Assembly: GCA_964035545.1 (NCBI GenBank)
Contig: OZ037772.1
Location: forward strand, 3,873,538 to 3,937,537
Length of the DNA: 64,000 bases
Reading direction: 5' to 3'
DNA from: Bugula neritina
Taxonomy: Eukaryota; Animalia; Bryozoa
The first letter of the stretch is position 1. Every line of letters begins with the position of its first letter. Below the pieces are notes generated by a model, which saw nothing but the letters and a program-made list of their open reading frames with translations, searched no databases and was not told where the DNA came from. Below are positions 18,401-33,700 of the stretch, piece after piece. A program made the position numbers and the translations under genes.

Positions 18401-21400
18401 TGCTTCAGCAAGAGAAGTTTAAGTTTTTTACCACCATGTCCCATTAAATGCTTAAATATTTTATGTGTATAAACACCTAAAGTAAGTTTGTGATTTAAAA
18501 TTACTGGCAAAAGGTTAGATTCAACTAATTGACTATTGCCTTTCTTGGCCTGGGCCAAAGCTAAACAACTCAAATAACTACTAAAAGTTTGTGGAGAACT
18601 CGAGCAGCTGACAAATTAAGTAATTTTAGAGGTAATGGTTTTCATTATAGAGTTAATAACAGGTTCCAACCTTATAGAGAGACACGGAGGGCTAGATAAG
18701 GGCAATGACAACTACAATAAGTATAACATAGGACATGAAGTTTTAAGCAATTCTGATGGCAATTCCCCAAGAATCAATATTATACTAAACAAATGTAAAC
18801 TTTGAACACATCTCTTTAACTTGCTGAAACTGCATACCAGCAAGAATTTTTTTAATGAAGATAAATTGCATTTTGTAAAACTGTTCACTATTACCGCGCA
18901 GCTGTGACTGAATAAGGAAACATAGAGCAAGCCATTTTTTGTAAAACTAATCATCGATAAAGTACAGAATAAGTCATATAAGTTGTATAATTTTGTAGTT
19001 TACACCGAAAAAAGTTTTCTTTAGTTGAATTATTATTTTAGTTGTTGAAAGAACAACTGTTATATTGACTCTAATAGTTTCACTTGAAGTTTTCCTGCAG
19101 TGTACAGCAGTGCTTGTTCTATCCATTCAGTCAGTTACTTAATTGTTACTTAAAGTCAGTCAACAACTAAAGTTACTAGTCTGTAGGCTGTTCTATTCAC
19201 TCTAGGGCCGAGGCTTTAAAAATAAAGAACCTCATTCTCCACCATCTAACACTTGTAACCTATTGATAGTCCAGGGTGCTTTGCTTGCCATACTCTGGCT
19301 AACAGACAGAGGATTAAAATTGCTTTTTATTACTGGGTACCTGTTATATTTTGCTATTACAAGATAAATAAGTTTTAAAATATGCTAAAAGTATAAAAAG
19401 TATAAAAAAATTTTTAATGGTAGCACCATACATTGTCGTCCAGTTTGTATCTCTATCTTAATATTTTGCGTTATTATTATTGTTATCAATTTGTGAAAAG
19501 AGGTACTGAAAGAGCTTTTTATGAAACTTTGAAACATTTACCCCATACACAACTTACTGGATTGCTCTGTGTCACCGTAGGCTGGCGGCAAAGCTAGCCA
19601 AAATTGCTTATTCTGAAGTCTAGCTTTTGTGAAAATTGGCAAGCTTTAGTTAATAACCTCTAATTATATAGCCAAGTTGTTTAATTAAGATTTAAAGTAG
19701 CATTGCCTTACACACAATAGTTTAGGAAAACAATTGAAAGAAAAGTTCAATAATATATTACTAAAATACCAGGAAAGTCTTGCTGATGTTTATAAAGCAT
19801 GCATTAAACATTCTGTATTTCAATGGAAGATGTCTTACACATTGTAGAAGAAAAGTTGTCTACTTGCCTTAGTTTACAAGGCTATAGCATAATGATAGTA
19901 GTAGACTGATACTCAAACAAAAAAATTAGGAAGAAATTTGGTGCTTGTCATAAATATTATGTTAATTTGTCTCTCTAGCATTAGGACAAAAAGAGAGATA
20001 AACCAGTTGCTCACATTGTGAGATTGTGCATAAACTGCTATATACTAGCTTACAAATTGTTGAGTGCCAGTATTTGAATTATCAATATATTTATGCTAGG
20101 TAAGGCCAGTAAGAAAATTTAGTTTACCAGTGGTAACTTATATATTTTGACTGCTATAGAAAGTTCAACTGCATTAACAAATAAGCCTCCTTATGCTGTG
20201 TAAGATTAAATAAAAAGTACATAAAAGCAGTAACAAAGACAAGTTCTGAAACGTCTGCTCTTGCAAACAAAATGCCTAATTGCTAAGTGTTGGGAGCAGT
20301 TTCAAAGAAGCTTGTATATTATACCATACATTCAACCTATAAGTTACTGCTAAAAATTGAAAAAAAATCCAAGGCACATTCAGAAGCTTGCTAATATATT
20401 TCTTTTAAAGCTGCAATTTTAAAGAGTAATTTGTAGTGTAACGGCTAGATTTCTAGCCCACAAAAAGTTTCAATTGCTTATAAAAGGGGAGACAACAGAC
20501 GTGCCTCACCTGCCTGCCACAGACGTGTGTCATTTGCAGTAAATGGTAAATAGTATTATAATGAGTGTTAATGAGAGATGAGCTCCATTACATATGAATG
20601 TTATTAATTACATTTAATTAGGTTCTCACAAGGTATAAATAGAAGTTATAAAATCTTACTCCTGGGGTCCAACTATGTGAGGCAATTCTAACATTGGCGA
20701 ATCTCCTTTGTTCTCAACAGTGATTACTAGTGGATACAATATACTGCATTGACTTATTCTCAACTGTTTTAGTTAAATACTTGGCATGGTAGAAAAAGTA
20801 AGAATTTTATTTTAAGATTTAAACCTTGAAATATAATAGATATACAATTACAAAGTCATTCCAAGACCCGATTCCATTTCTAGATGTGTCATATATGTTC
20901 TACAATTACAGTTTTATACATATGTAACAAATTACATTCAATTACTTGAAAAAAATTAATTGATCACAACTAATTACAAATTACAATTTCTCAAACCCTG
21001 GTGGTAATGGTTAATAACTGGCAGACTCAAATATCCTGTGTGCAGAAGTTTTTAGGGTTAGGTACTGATAATATTTAAAAATATTTTTAATTTGTTTTTT
21101 CATATTTCTAATTTTGTCCCCAAAATTTGAGGGCTGAGAGTATGAAAGCTGTTGAAGGTGAATGGAATATTCTTAACTTTCTGAACTGAATTATCCTGCA
21201 TGTACTGCACAATTTGTTAGATATTTTCCCAGAGTATACAGGTATAACTGCTTGATTATCTCTCCACTTTGTCACTCAAACCTCCTTCAGAGCTCATCAG
21301 CACTTGCCTATTATACTAGCAGATCTGTCTATAAATATGAATTTTAGCCCAAGTAGAGTTAGCTAGCAAAACAGGCATGTAAATGTTGTATACAAGGGCT

Positions 21401-22446
21401 TTAGATGTCTTGAGTATGGGTTTGTCTATTAGTTATTTTCTTTTTTACGAAAGAAGATTCTAGTGAGCTAACTGTTTGGTGACTTTCTCTCTAAGAATCA
21501 ATAAGAATATTTTGGTCATGAATCACTCATTTTATATCTCAGTTTTTTTTATATGTTGGAAATAAAGATTAAATTGGCTCTCTATAGTTAACATAGTAGT
21601 TTATTTAGTGGTAAATGAGCATCATACTCTACTTATGCACCAGAATTGGTCACAAGTTTTGAGAAGGTGAAGTGAAAACTTCATATAAACTACTATCTGT
21701 AGTAAGACAAAACTACTGCTACTGTTGCAGGCACACTCAGCTCTCATGTGCCTTACAGACGTCTTAAACATAAGACAGTGTATGATGCTGAGGGAGACAA
21801 CTCTCGATTCTATCCATCTATTCCTCACTATCTCTCACACGCTGCTCAGCACAAGGTCGCACAGGTGTGAGCCATCACTTCCAGTGCCAACTTAACATAT
21901 CCTTTTCATTCCTCAGCCAATCAGATCAGCTCAAGTGATGCACCAATAATATATCGCATTGTTGACTTGAGAAAGCAGGTGCTACAGCAGAAGCCCTGTA
22001 CCATCACTGGGCAATCTGTCATAAGCTCACGGGTTTTCTCTTGCACTGCTATGTGTAAAGTAACAGTCTTTTTTTATACAATATTAAGCTGTTAGTTTAG
22101 CATATAACTTGTCTCTATGGTTATATATTATAGTTTATAAGACCGTGCCTCTCATGTATGTTTCCAACATGGAGATAATTTGGCATGCAATAATATGATC
22201 CTGACTTTTCTGGCATCACCAGGAATGCTGGCAGGTTTTGATATATTATATTATTAATCCATTTATTGCAAGACATAATAACCTGTACACCTTTTGTTTT
22301 GAGTATATTATTACAAGAACAATTTGTGTTTTTGAATGCATTTCATTTGACTTATTTATAAATTCAACAATAAATACCAAGGTGCCATGTTAATGATGTT
22401 GAGTTTCCTTGTAAGTCTTCTTGTCTGTGAAGGAAAAGAATGATAA

Positions 22447-22448
<2 letters not shown>

Positions 22449-22521
<73 letters not shown>
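22449..22521. repeat. (TA)n microsatellite
   Basis: Direct reading. Confidence 0.95.
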
Positions 22522-22525
<4 letters not shown>

Positions 22526-25500
22526 TAAACATGCACGTACATAAAGAAAATAACATTCATGCGACTAGTAGTAAATACTGTTTAGTATGAGCTTTTACTA
22601 ATTTTGCTATGGCATGTAGCTGCATTATAATAAATAGCGAGTTATTATACACCACTAAATGGATTGGTGAAGATCCTAAAGCACTTTATAGTCGTTTATG
22701 CAAAATTTTTCTTTCATTCCAATATATGAAAGTTATAAAACACGCACTAACTGAAAGCCAATTTTTTTCCAATAAAGTATATCATAGACTTGCATACTTT
22801 GTTCAGGAAAGAAGAGAGAGCCACAAAGGAAGAGCCACACCTACCATGTCTAATGAATACAGACCTGTCATATTAAGTATATAGCTATACAGACCTGCTA
22901 TACCAGATAAAAACAAACCTGCCATATTGCACAAAACTGAACCTGCAGTACTGAGCAAAGAGCAACCAATCAAATATTCCAAGCAAAGAGAAAACAATTC
23001 AGCATTGTGGAAAAACCTCTCCAGGGGGATCAGCAAACTCCGACAGCTGGTCAAAGTTTTAGCTACAGAAAAGGAAGAATTGCCGAGTATTGTAATTATT
23101 CAGTGAGGAAAACCGCATGTTTACCTTGTTCTGGTAACCACTACACAACTGTGAAGAGAAAGGGCTGGAAAGCTACACAGCTTTGAGAGATTTCTCATAC
23201 AGACAGCTATTCTATAAGAAGTGTTGCATAAGAGTTGTGACTATTGACTATTATAGACAGGGTTGTAAGAATGGGGACACAGTTTTAGGATTTCTTATTT
23301 TAGGAATCCAATACTTTAGTTATGTTATGATAGCATTAACTTAGCAGAAGCATTGGTGGAATTTGATATAATGCTTAATTACTACTCAAAGCAGAATAGT
23401 TTAATATTTTTTTTAAAAAGAACATAATATTATATTTGTATTTTCTTATAAATAGATGTTTATTGTACATGCCGATAACAAAAGTCAACTCATTATATGG
23501 TACACAAAAGTTATATCTGTAAATGAACATGTGCATGCTGCAGTTGAAGAATTAAAAATAAAATGAGAAGGAAACAAAACGTATTCAACTAGATGAGTCA
23601 TCAGATGACATTGCTGTATAAAATGACGGATTAGGAAAGAGAAAGTATGTGGAAACAAAGCAACACTGAACTACAATGTGGCTAACAAATACTAGGTCAG
23701 CAGAAATAATATCATATTCAATAAATAAAATACCAAGAGGTGTAAAATGTCAATATAAGTACACATAGAGAAAATAGGTGATATACAGAATAAAAACTAA
23801 CAGTTTAATATTGATATAGCTTTTCAATTTCACACAAACATAACATCTTTACAAGGCATTATTGTATATATAACTATTTGTATTAGGAGAGAGAAACAAT
23901 ATAATTTAGTATGCTCACATGGAACTATAGAAGGAAATGTCAGCTAGAAGAGGAAGGAAATGGAGGTCAAGGCCAGCAACACAATGTCAAGGTCAACTGG
24001 AAAAAAAGTATTTTTAGGTCACGACTTGTCATTCTCAAACATGGTGGCTAGTTTGAGCACACTTCTGGACTAGAAGAGGAAGGAGACGAGGAGACCACAG
24101 AGCTCTCTGGGGAGGAAGGTAAAACACGTTCCAGCTACAAAGCAAGAGTTGAAAAGAGTAATAATTGAAAAAAGTTGAAATTTTACTCCATTTGATCACA
24201 AATGAACAGATATTATTAAAAAAAATTTCCACAGATTTTAAAGCTGCTATGCCAGGACAACTATAGCATATTATAATTATATTATCACCTCATTATATAA
24301 TAATCATATTACATGATATATTATATTGTTTACATGCCATATTATCATTATATTATATTATAATCATACTATGTTATAAATATGGTATACTATTATATTA
24401 TACTATATCAATGTACATGACTTGCACCAAGTAGATGCCAAACGTTACCTTTTCTGTGTTGGCAACTTGGGGCAGAACTCTTTTGGGTGGAAGGTCTGAA
24501 ATAGATGGGGAAGAGATGATTCACCGCCCCTAGCAGAGGCGTGATGTCAAGAGAAGAATCCGAGGCTAAGTTACGACAACTTTTTCTCATGGTGTTGGCG
24601 GCTTTGAGAAAGATAGCTCTGTCGCACTCCTTGCCTGAAGACAGGAAATGATCATTGTACTTCCATAAAGGAAACGTACATGAACTGTATCAGAAGCTCA
24701 AACTAACATATGTTAATGGTAATGGAAGATATAACAATCCTAATGAGAATTAAAGGCTCTATTAATAGTAATCATTAGATATCTGAATTTGAATTGTGGG
24801 AGGCTAACGCACTCACCCTGAGTAAACATCAGTTTGAACAGAGCACTGAGGTTATCTCCAATACTGTTGAGACTAGCTATAGCCTGGGAGCACATTTCAT
24901 ATTGCAGCCACGGGTCTACCTTGGTGAATTTCATACCTTCCAACTGTAAAAAGACGACAGAGCGAATAAAAATGAATAACTGAACAGAGAATACATTCAA
25001 TAACAGGTGGTTGTCAAGTGGGTGATATTCACTACTGCTTCCCACTGATCGCGTGATGTAACAGTCAAATATGACATCACATGTCGACTCACTCTGCACT
25101 GGGGTGGCTGTGACAAGCAGTGCTCCATACTCAGACCACCCACAGTCTAAGCACCTGGAGCACTGCCCACACATGGCAAAAAGTGACAAGACAAAGTGCT
25201 GGGGATAACTAGCAATACAAAGAGAATTAACAGTCAGAGTATGAAGTTGGTACTCACCAGTTGGAAAGTGTTCCCAATATCATCTCTATAACTGGTTAGA
25301 AAGGATTGCACTTGGTTGAGGACTCTGTTAACAGCACCATAAATATCCTCTTCAGCGTGGCAGTTGCCGGCACCTGCACAACATGAAATAACTACCACCT
25401 GCTATTCGTTGACATCTATGAGACTATAGTTGCTAGTGACATCAAATGACAGGTACTTGGTCAGCAAATTTATACAAAGATGAGAGTTCTACTGTCACTT

Positions 25501-27742
25501 GATCAAAGGTTGCGACACTCTTCGCCTAGTGTGACTCATAAGTTATATATGACTTAGGCTAGCAGGTGAGCATGAGCTCATTTTATAAGCTATGTAGCTC
25601 AAAACTATGCAAGCATCCTACCATAAAGAGACACCACTACACCGCACCATTGGTATGAGAGTCTTTATAAAAACTAAAGCTACACTCAAGCCCCACCAGC
25701 ATGATAGAATATATCGCAAACACTTACTATTGCACATATAGTCTATGGATGAGATGGTTGCAGTTAGCTTCTCTGTAGATGTATGGATACATTGAGCAAG
25801 GGCACCTTGGGCACATGCCATGGGCACATCTGTTGACAGCTGTCAAGTACATGACAGTACATATTGATGCACTGCCTTATCTATGTTACTCAGCAGTGCC
25901 TGCAAACAAATATGGAGATATTACTTAGGAAATGAGCAGAATTATTTTTATTTCAGAGATTTTACATATTCTTAAATTAACAAAGGCATAAATTTCGAAC
26001 ATCTACATAAAATTTTGGAGATATCTTAAATTTTTCTGCAAAATCTATAAGTTGAACACTAAAAAACAAGTTTCGGCCCAACATAAAATGTCAACCATTG
26101 GAGAATCTTCTGGCTCTATAAGTTTGTATCATGAGGATATATTTAATACAATGTAATGTGATTATATAGAGTTGTCATCACAATACAAAATAGTGATAGT
26201 TTCGAGCAACAAGTCTTATATTATTATATGAACTTATGGAGAAATAGCATCTTGGGAACATAGGCTTTACATTACTACATTACAATACATACACATGTAT
26301 AACAGAAGTTGAACAAAATATTTTTATATTCCTATCCTAAAAATTTCAATATTTTTGAAGTCAGTTGGGTTCTACCTTTTATATGTACACTGTTCAGTGG
26401 AATGCTTCTTTTAAACAAAGAAAGTGTTATTTACATTCATTAATTTTAGTTGCCAAGAGAGCTAAAGTTGCAGATAGTTTCCTTCCTTTCAGATAAAATG
26501 TGTTACATATGCATATGAATATGTTCAACTGATGATAGCAATTAAAATACAAATACCTTGCAACATAAAATAACACAACACCTGCAAAATACTGCTTACA
26601 ATCGAATTTGCAGCTCTAACTGTAATATTGAGTCCACCCTGTGGAGTAATGGTAGCACGCTAGCGGGTGGAAATTTTTTAATTGAGTTTTGGGTTTGAAA
26701 TGAAATTAGGACTCACCTGCTGACGCTGCCTTGTAGCTCTCCAAAATGCTGCCAGCAGAGATTCTACACAACTCACACTGCTGCAGTATGCAGTCAAACA
26801 CCTACCTGCTCCCTGCATTGGTTGCTATAAACAGTACAGAGCTACACGTATGAGATAAGAGTGGACTAACAGAGTAGTCTCTGAGAATATATACGAGGTA
26901 TATGACCAGAGAGGAGATTATTCCAAAACAGCCGAAACTAGGTTGGTGTGAAAATAATCCGACTTAATTAATGACTTTAGAAGTAAAACTACTGCTACTG
27001 TTTCAGACACACTCAGCTCTCATGTGCCTCACAGACGTCTCAGACATAAGGTAGTGAACTGCTTTAGTAATTGAAATTTTTGTAAAAAAGGTGACAAACA
27101 ATTGAGTGAAGACAAAAAACAGAAAAAGTAACCGAGTACCTTTATTTTTTTGTAAACTGTAGGAGACGAAATCTTTGCACATGGAGAACATGGTACTGGA
27201 AGACATGAGCTTTGACCTTGACCTGCTTCTGACCTTCATAGATGGAGACTGTTGATTGGCTGAAGCAGAGTTGAAGACTAACTCCATAGAAGTGAGTTTA
27301 TTCTCAGAGCTAAGGATCTCGCTCAGACTGTCAATAGAGAAATACAGAGATAGAGCTGCTCTACTCATACGTGGTGGAAGTTGATAAATGTCAAATAAAT
27401 ACCAACAATATTACACTCATTTGTACTGGAAATCGAATGAAATCATTAGAAAGTAAATGAGATATTTGAATTATCAAATAGCAAGGAGGTTATGTTGTTG
27501 GCAATTTAATTAACTATTTTCTCGAATAAATGTTATAAAGTATAAAACATAGTCCCAGAAAAACTCCACTGACAAAAATTGAACTTAAATTGGTGATCGA
27601 GCCAGCCCTAACATGTAAACACTAGATTTATCCCAGTGATTAGGCCAACAAAACTAAACTATAAGATTCTTAGGCAGATGCGAGGAGTAGTTAGTGGAAC
27701 TGTTATAGTGCAGACCATACTTAGCCTTAGTAGCTAGATTAC

Positions 27743-30700
27743 CTGGTAACCTGCTGATTGAGGGGGGTCAAGGAACTCTTCCAACTGTCACCTGGGTTGG
27801 AGAAAACAGCCAGACACTCCTCATGAGGTGTGTTACTGTGAAGTAACTCTCGCATGTCTGCTAGTCTCTCCTCAAACTTGGACACAGTGAAGTGTGTGTA
27901 TCTATTGAGTTGTTTATCCGTTACCTTGACAACCATAACATTGTCCACTTCTTCCTGTTTAAATATCTAGAACAGACAGACGCATGGTGTAACATATTTA
28001 CATGAATATTTATAAATTTATATAAATAAATAAACAAGTGTATGTGAGTGTATGTGTGTGTGTGGTGCGTGAGTGGTCTGCGTGTGCGTGCATGTATCTG
28101 TGTGTATTATTGACACAAACAAAGGCAAAATTCAACCTAAACAATTTTACCAATAGCTGGCTAGAAAGTACGGATCACATAATTTTTGTGAAAAAAAAAC
28201 TTCTACACACGATAATTGAAAAACTAAAATAAAAATGCATATTTTCAATACCATCTGGTACACGCTTTAATCATGGCAGACACAAGGGATGCACAGAGAA
28301 AGATAATTTCTCAAGTAGATACTGTGGGTAATGCTGATGTGGACACTATGAACAATGCAAGTATTATATAGGAGTTGTGTACTCTTTGAAAATAGACAAC
28401 TTACTGTAGGCATTGACTTGAGTTGACTCAGTTTATTGCTTTCCTTATAAGAAGAGCGACCTTATAAAGGTCAGTTTTACCCCGCTCTACAAAAAATAGG
28501 AGTAACTCAGACTAACATTATAGGCCCTACTGGGTTATTTTATCATGTAGTTTTCTTATCATACGATACAACTCATTAGGATCTGGTAGTAGGAAAATAT
28601 AAAAAAGATATTTTCATTTAGGAGGAAAAACTGAAAAGTTACCAAAACCAAAGATGAGGTCTAGCGGAATATTAAGAAACTTCTCACAACAAAGTAATTC
28701 GCAATGAAGGGTCAGAGGTCAAGCATACACCAAATCTAGCAAATTTATTATCTTCAACAGCCTCTCAATGAAACCATGCCATGCCTAGTTCACGTCACAG
28801 CAACACACAACTGACAGGATGGGGGGGGGGAGCATGACTAGCAAAGACTTAGCAATTATAAACTGGAAAAAGCTCTCAAAAACACAATCAAAATAAGCAC
28901 ATAGACAAACTTTACCCTTTCTCCTATAATATATATAAATTAAACACATAAACTGGAACTGTAGTCAGGAGAACATAACTCTGTAAATAAAACAATGAGC
29001 TGTGTAATTCTGTATGTTGATTTTCCACGTACAGCAGGTGTAGAGCTCAAAGGATTACCAAGTAACTGATATTAATTTTTAATATTGATATAGAATGTAA
29101 TATTGAGTTTTAAAAGCAGTCATAAAAATGAAAAAGAAATCAAAGTAATGGCGCTGTGATGAATACAGATAATTAAAGCTGAAACTTCTGGACTTTTTAA
29201 AACCACACTATGAGAGACTACGCCGCCGTTGCAATCAACAATTGTAAATAAATGTTGTAAAAACTCATATTTATTATTTAATTGCTTCCACAACAATGCT
29301 GAAGGAGATGAAAACTATGAATGAAAACAACACAGCCCTTTCTCTCTTACAGATCTAGATTGAGTATATAGATTCACCATAATCCATTAGTGGGTATCGA
29401 GACATCAAATTACCGACCCCTACTAACTGAAGCTCACCACTAGGAACTGAAGCCAGGCTTTTCACAGCCACTTCCTCTTTGCCTCCTTTTAGGTGTTTGA
29501 GTCCCGCAGACTAAAGAGGAAGCGCTGGGCCGAGGAGATGGTAGGTAAAGAGTCCGTCAGCACGGCAGTATGTGTGCTTTACCTGCAACGGAGTATTCAG
29601 AAATATTCTCAGCAAAAACACTAACTTCTGTATTCAAACCATGACTATATGACACCATGTCAAGTCGCTGCTCTAAAGTATGCTGTGGGTAGAAAGATAA
29701 CTTAATGAAGCGGATATAAATATAATCATTGACATAACTACACATATTGGAGTTGTTCCCTCGCTAAACTGAAAGATTTACAATACAACAGTTATAAAAC
29801 TTCAGGAACAGCAAAGTGAAATGAAATCGTTGGCGTTTACTAAAAGTTTTTTGATTTTCAATCACTGACTGTGTAGTTACAGTGAAAGTATAATAATATC
29901 ATAATATATTAGTCATCATAACATTGAAGTATACAATGATCACTAAACATATTATATGCCGAGTGATGACCAATGTGTCTGGGAACATTAATAAATACAC
30001 ATCGAATGACCAATATGCTTGGGGAATACTAATGAAGACATGACTGTACACAATAAACAGGCTTACCGATCATTCTGGCAAACAGGAAGTCCTTAGGAAT
30101 GGTGGAGGACTTGCGTTTAGATGGGTCAACGCCGGCGGGGTGATTAAAGTGGAAATAGTGATCACCACCGATAATAACTCGGTCTCCCTACAGACATGAT
30201 AATAGGAAATGATTCAAGATTGAAAATATTACACTAAACAAGCATAGTAAATAAACTACAAACAATAATCTATCAGTTTCATAAACAATTTTATCACCCA
30301 TATGATTGGATAGAATCAAGTAGAGTTTGTCTCCTAATGCACTTCACAATTGCTATAAAATCGAAAATACTACGCTGTAGAAATTTAGTAAGTAAATTAG
30401 AAATGTTAATTGACAAGTTTCATACACAATTGCATCACACATGTAACTAAAAAGGAATTTAGCATGAGCAAGTGCATTCCAAAATATCTTACAGGTTATT
30501 CTAATACACAGAGAGAAATATTAGTGTTAGAGTGAACATAAGCTGACAACTAAAACCTCTCGTTTTTTGGATCCCTAAATTGACCAGCAGTGAATAGAAA
30601 TTAGTGTCAGGTACTGTTCACAGTGAATAGTATGTTAGATCAATGTTGATATAAAAAGTTGTGAAGTTGATTCTTTGTATTTATCACAATGAGCCAAATT

Positions 30701-33700
30701 ATGTTCAATGGTGATCTTATATATGTTCAATGGTGAGCTTATATATTTTCAATGGTGATCTTATTTATGCTCAATAGTGATATTATATATGTTTAATAGT
30801 GATCTTATTTATGTTCAATAGTGATATTATATATGTTTAATGGTGAGCTTATATATATTCAATGGTGATCTTATTTATGCTCAATAGTGATATTATATAT
30901 GTTTAATGATGATCTTATTTCTGTTCAATGATGATCTTAGATATGCTCAATGCTGAACTAAGTTATATTCAAAGCTGAACTTATAAATGTTCCATGCTGC
31001 TCTAATTTTCGTTGGAAATAAGCTTCTGCAAAAATTATTACTGATCACTCTGAACTAACTTGTCATAACTTCTAACCAGTATGAGAGTATAGTAATGTGG
31101 ATTTTATTGTATATGATAGTTGAATATAAGAAATGCAACAAAAAATAACTTCTAAAGATTAAAATAAGAAAAAAAACATGAAAATAAACATTTGCAAAAT
31201 TTTTCTACGACTGTAAATTCAGTTAATTTTTCTCAATATTAGCAGAACCTGCTAAGACCATAGTGTGTGTCATTACATTCTTGCTCTGTAGTGTAACGAT
31301 AACCAAGCAGTTGTGGTGTGTAATGGTTAGCACACCTGTGTGCAAGTCCGAGGTCCGTGATAGTAACCCAAGTACGGGAGGGGGGAGGGGGAAGTTTTAT
31401 AACTAATTCCAGCAGTTAGTAAAGTGTGGTAGTACTCCAAGAGGAGTCGAGTGGCCAGGGAAGCCTGAAGAAATAGTATAAAACGGGCAGCTGGGTTCTT
31501 GAGAAGTGGGTGAGGTGTAGTGTCGAGAGCACCCAGTGACGCTTGTAATGTAGTGGTGAGTGCGCCTGCTTGCAGGCTGAAGTTCTCAGCATGATTTAAA
31601 GTTTTGTAGCGGTCAAATTCTTTTTTGTGCTCCTATTCAGCATCTTTGAGTGCATGGTCTTAAAAAATGTTATGGGATCTACAACAAAAGATAAAAGTTG
31701 GGCAATATTTAAACTGTATTAGTATAAACAGTAAACATTTGGCTAAGATATACAATCACAAGCAGCGTAAATAAATTAAGTTCAACTTTGAAGAAGCTGA
31801 AGTCTAAGGCCAAAACTAATAGTATCAATGATGTTAGCTACGAATCTTTCAGCATATTTTCAGCACCATCGTACCAATTGTTTGATTCTGAATAACCATA
31901 CAGGCTTTGGCAAACTTATGATCATTATGTTGCGTAGTGTTTGGGTTAGTTTGAGCTTATCAAAATTTACTAATAATTTTTGCCATCATTTTATTTTTTA
32001 CTTCTTTCTTAATTACAAATGCAAGAGCTGTTGGGCATAATTAGTTTAGTTAATAGAAGCTTCTCTGCATTAAAATTATCTCAAAATGTCAGTGAATCAC
32101 AATTTAAGCTGGAGTCAGCATTTTATATGGACCCCTCATATCGAGATAACAGATATTGATAAGTTTCAGTATGTCTATAAATTGAAAAACAAATAAAGTA
32201 CTACCAAGAAAAATATTGCTACTTAAACATGTTTTTATATTTAATTGTGCTGTGCAAAGGTAAATAAAAGAATAAACTAGTGGCACGGAAGTTAATGAAA
32301 AATTTTGCCAACTTTGCCAACTCACCACTAATATTGGCATTTTGGTACTTAGCTATAAAACAAGAAGCTAGCTTGGCAGCTGATTAAGGCTAATAACTAC
32401 TTGTAGGCTGCTAAACTGCATTATTAGCAATACTTTTACAATGGGGGAGGGAATTCAAATTAATGAATTTAGCACAAATTGCTAAAAGGTGAAGTGGAAA
32501 TAAAACGCTAAATTTTTTGAAAATAGATTGTTACAGGAGAACTTATATCAAATTGATATAGGAATAGAGTAGTTTGGGAATTATTAGTCAATGTGGTCTC
32601 TTAAAAGTTATGGTTGCACAAATTCAATTATCTGTCTACAGCAATAGTCATACTGATACTGTCATTGTGATTTCAAATGACAACGTTAAGCAAATGATTG
32701 GGCTTACCTTTTGCTGCAATGACAACTTCAGTTCCTAACTCTGAAAGAAAGTGATCATCTTCTATCTCTGAGAGGTAGCTGCAATCTTTACCCATGTGAT
32801 GAAATGATTCAATGTTTTCCATGTTGTGGGGTTGTTTGGAAGCACAAATTCACTGAATCTCAAAGCACAACCTCTTAGTCTGAGCCTCTGGTGTTCACTA
32901 TGCCGGCAAAATATTTCTTCTGTCAATAGCCATGAATGAAAACTATGTGCTGTTATGTAATAACCTTTGCTTTGCTCTGTCACTGCTTGGTAAGCCAGTT
33001 TCTTGCCTTTGAATTACAATTTAAATATTTCCTTACTATAGCTCTGTTATGCAACATCTTCTTTTGTTCCACCGGGTAGTTTGCACAAGTTTACACAAGG
33101 CTTTTGAAGTGGTTCACCTGATCCACAATTGACTATTCAGTAGCTTGTTTCATTGTTAATTTTAAGCTTCTTGTTTGAAACACATTTGCTGATAACTGAG
33201 TACATTGGAGTTTAATGGTGCATCTCCCTGATCTCTCTTTTACACACATTTTAAATTAGTTGGCTTTCCTTTCCATGAATGAAATTGACTAGTGAAGCCT
33301 AAACTACCCATGCAAGAGATATGTGAAGTTGAAATATTTTGTTGATAAATTCAACTTAAGTCTTTGATAAACGGAGTGGGGCAATGTTTAATAGTAGTCT
33401 GGTAACAAGCTATTTGAAAATGTCTTGGCTTCAAAAAAATTTCGAAATCATAAACAGCTAGTAGGTTGAAGGAGTTTCATTCCACTTATATGCTCCCCAG
33501 TTAGGTTGTATTTTTTGTTTTGGTACTAAGTATTATATACCTATATACCCTTATATAACTTTCATATCAATTGCTAAACATAAAATAACCAACAATATGA
33601 TATGTTTGCAATAATATTTAAATTTTTCCAAATTTGTGTTGAAAAAAAGCATTAAATGCATTAATAATAACATTTTTTTCAAAAAACAAAAAATATAGAA

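Noticed and set aside
16000-21600. Long AT-rich stretch with scattered short ORFs
   Set aside because: No motif or structure I could support, apart from a MITE end fragment near 20900-21000.
30700-30990. Regular repeats here and at 52972-53687 as CRISPR-like arrays
   Set aside because: Head-to-tail units with no unique spacers, in a eukaryotic context.
31310-31610. tRNA/SINE-like heads (TGGTGTGTAATGGTTAGCAC...)
   Set aside because: No complete cloverleaf or clear B box; possibly a decayed SINE, but not supportable.
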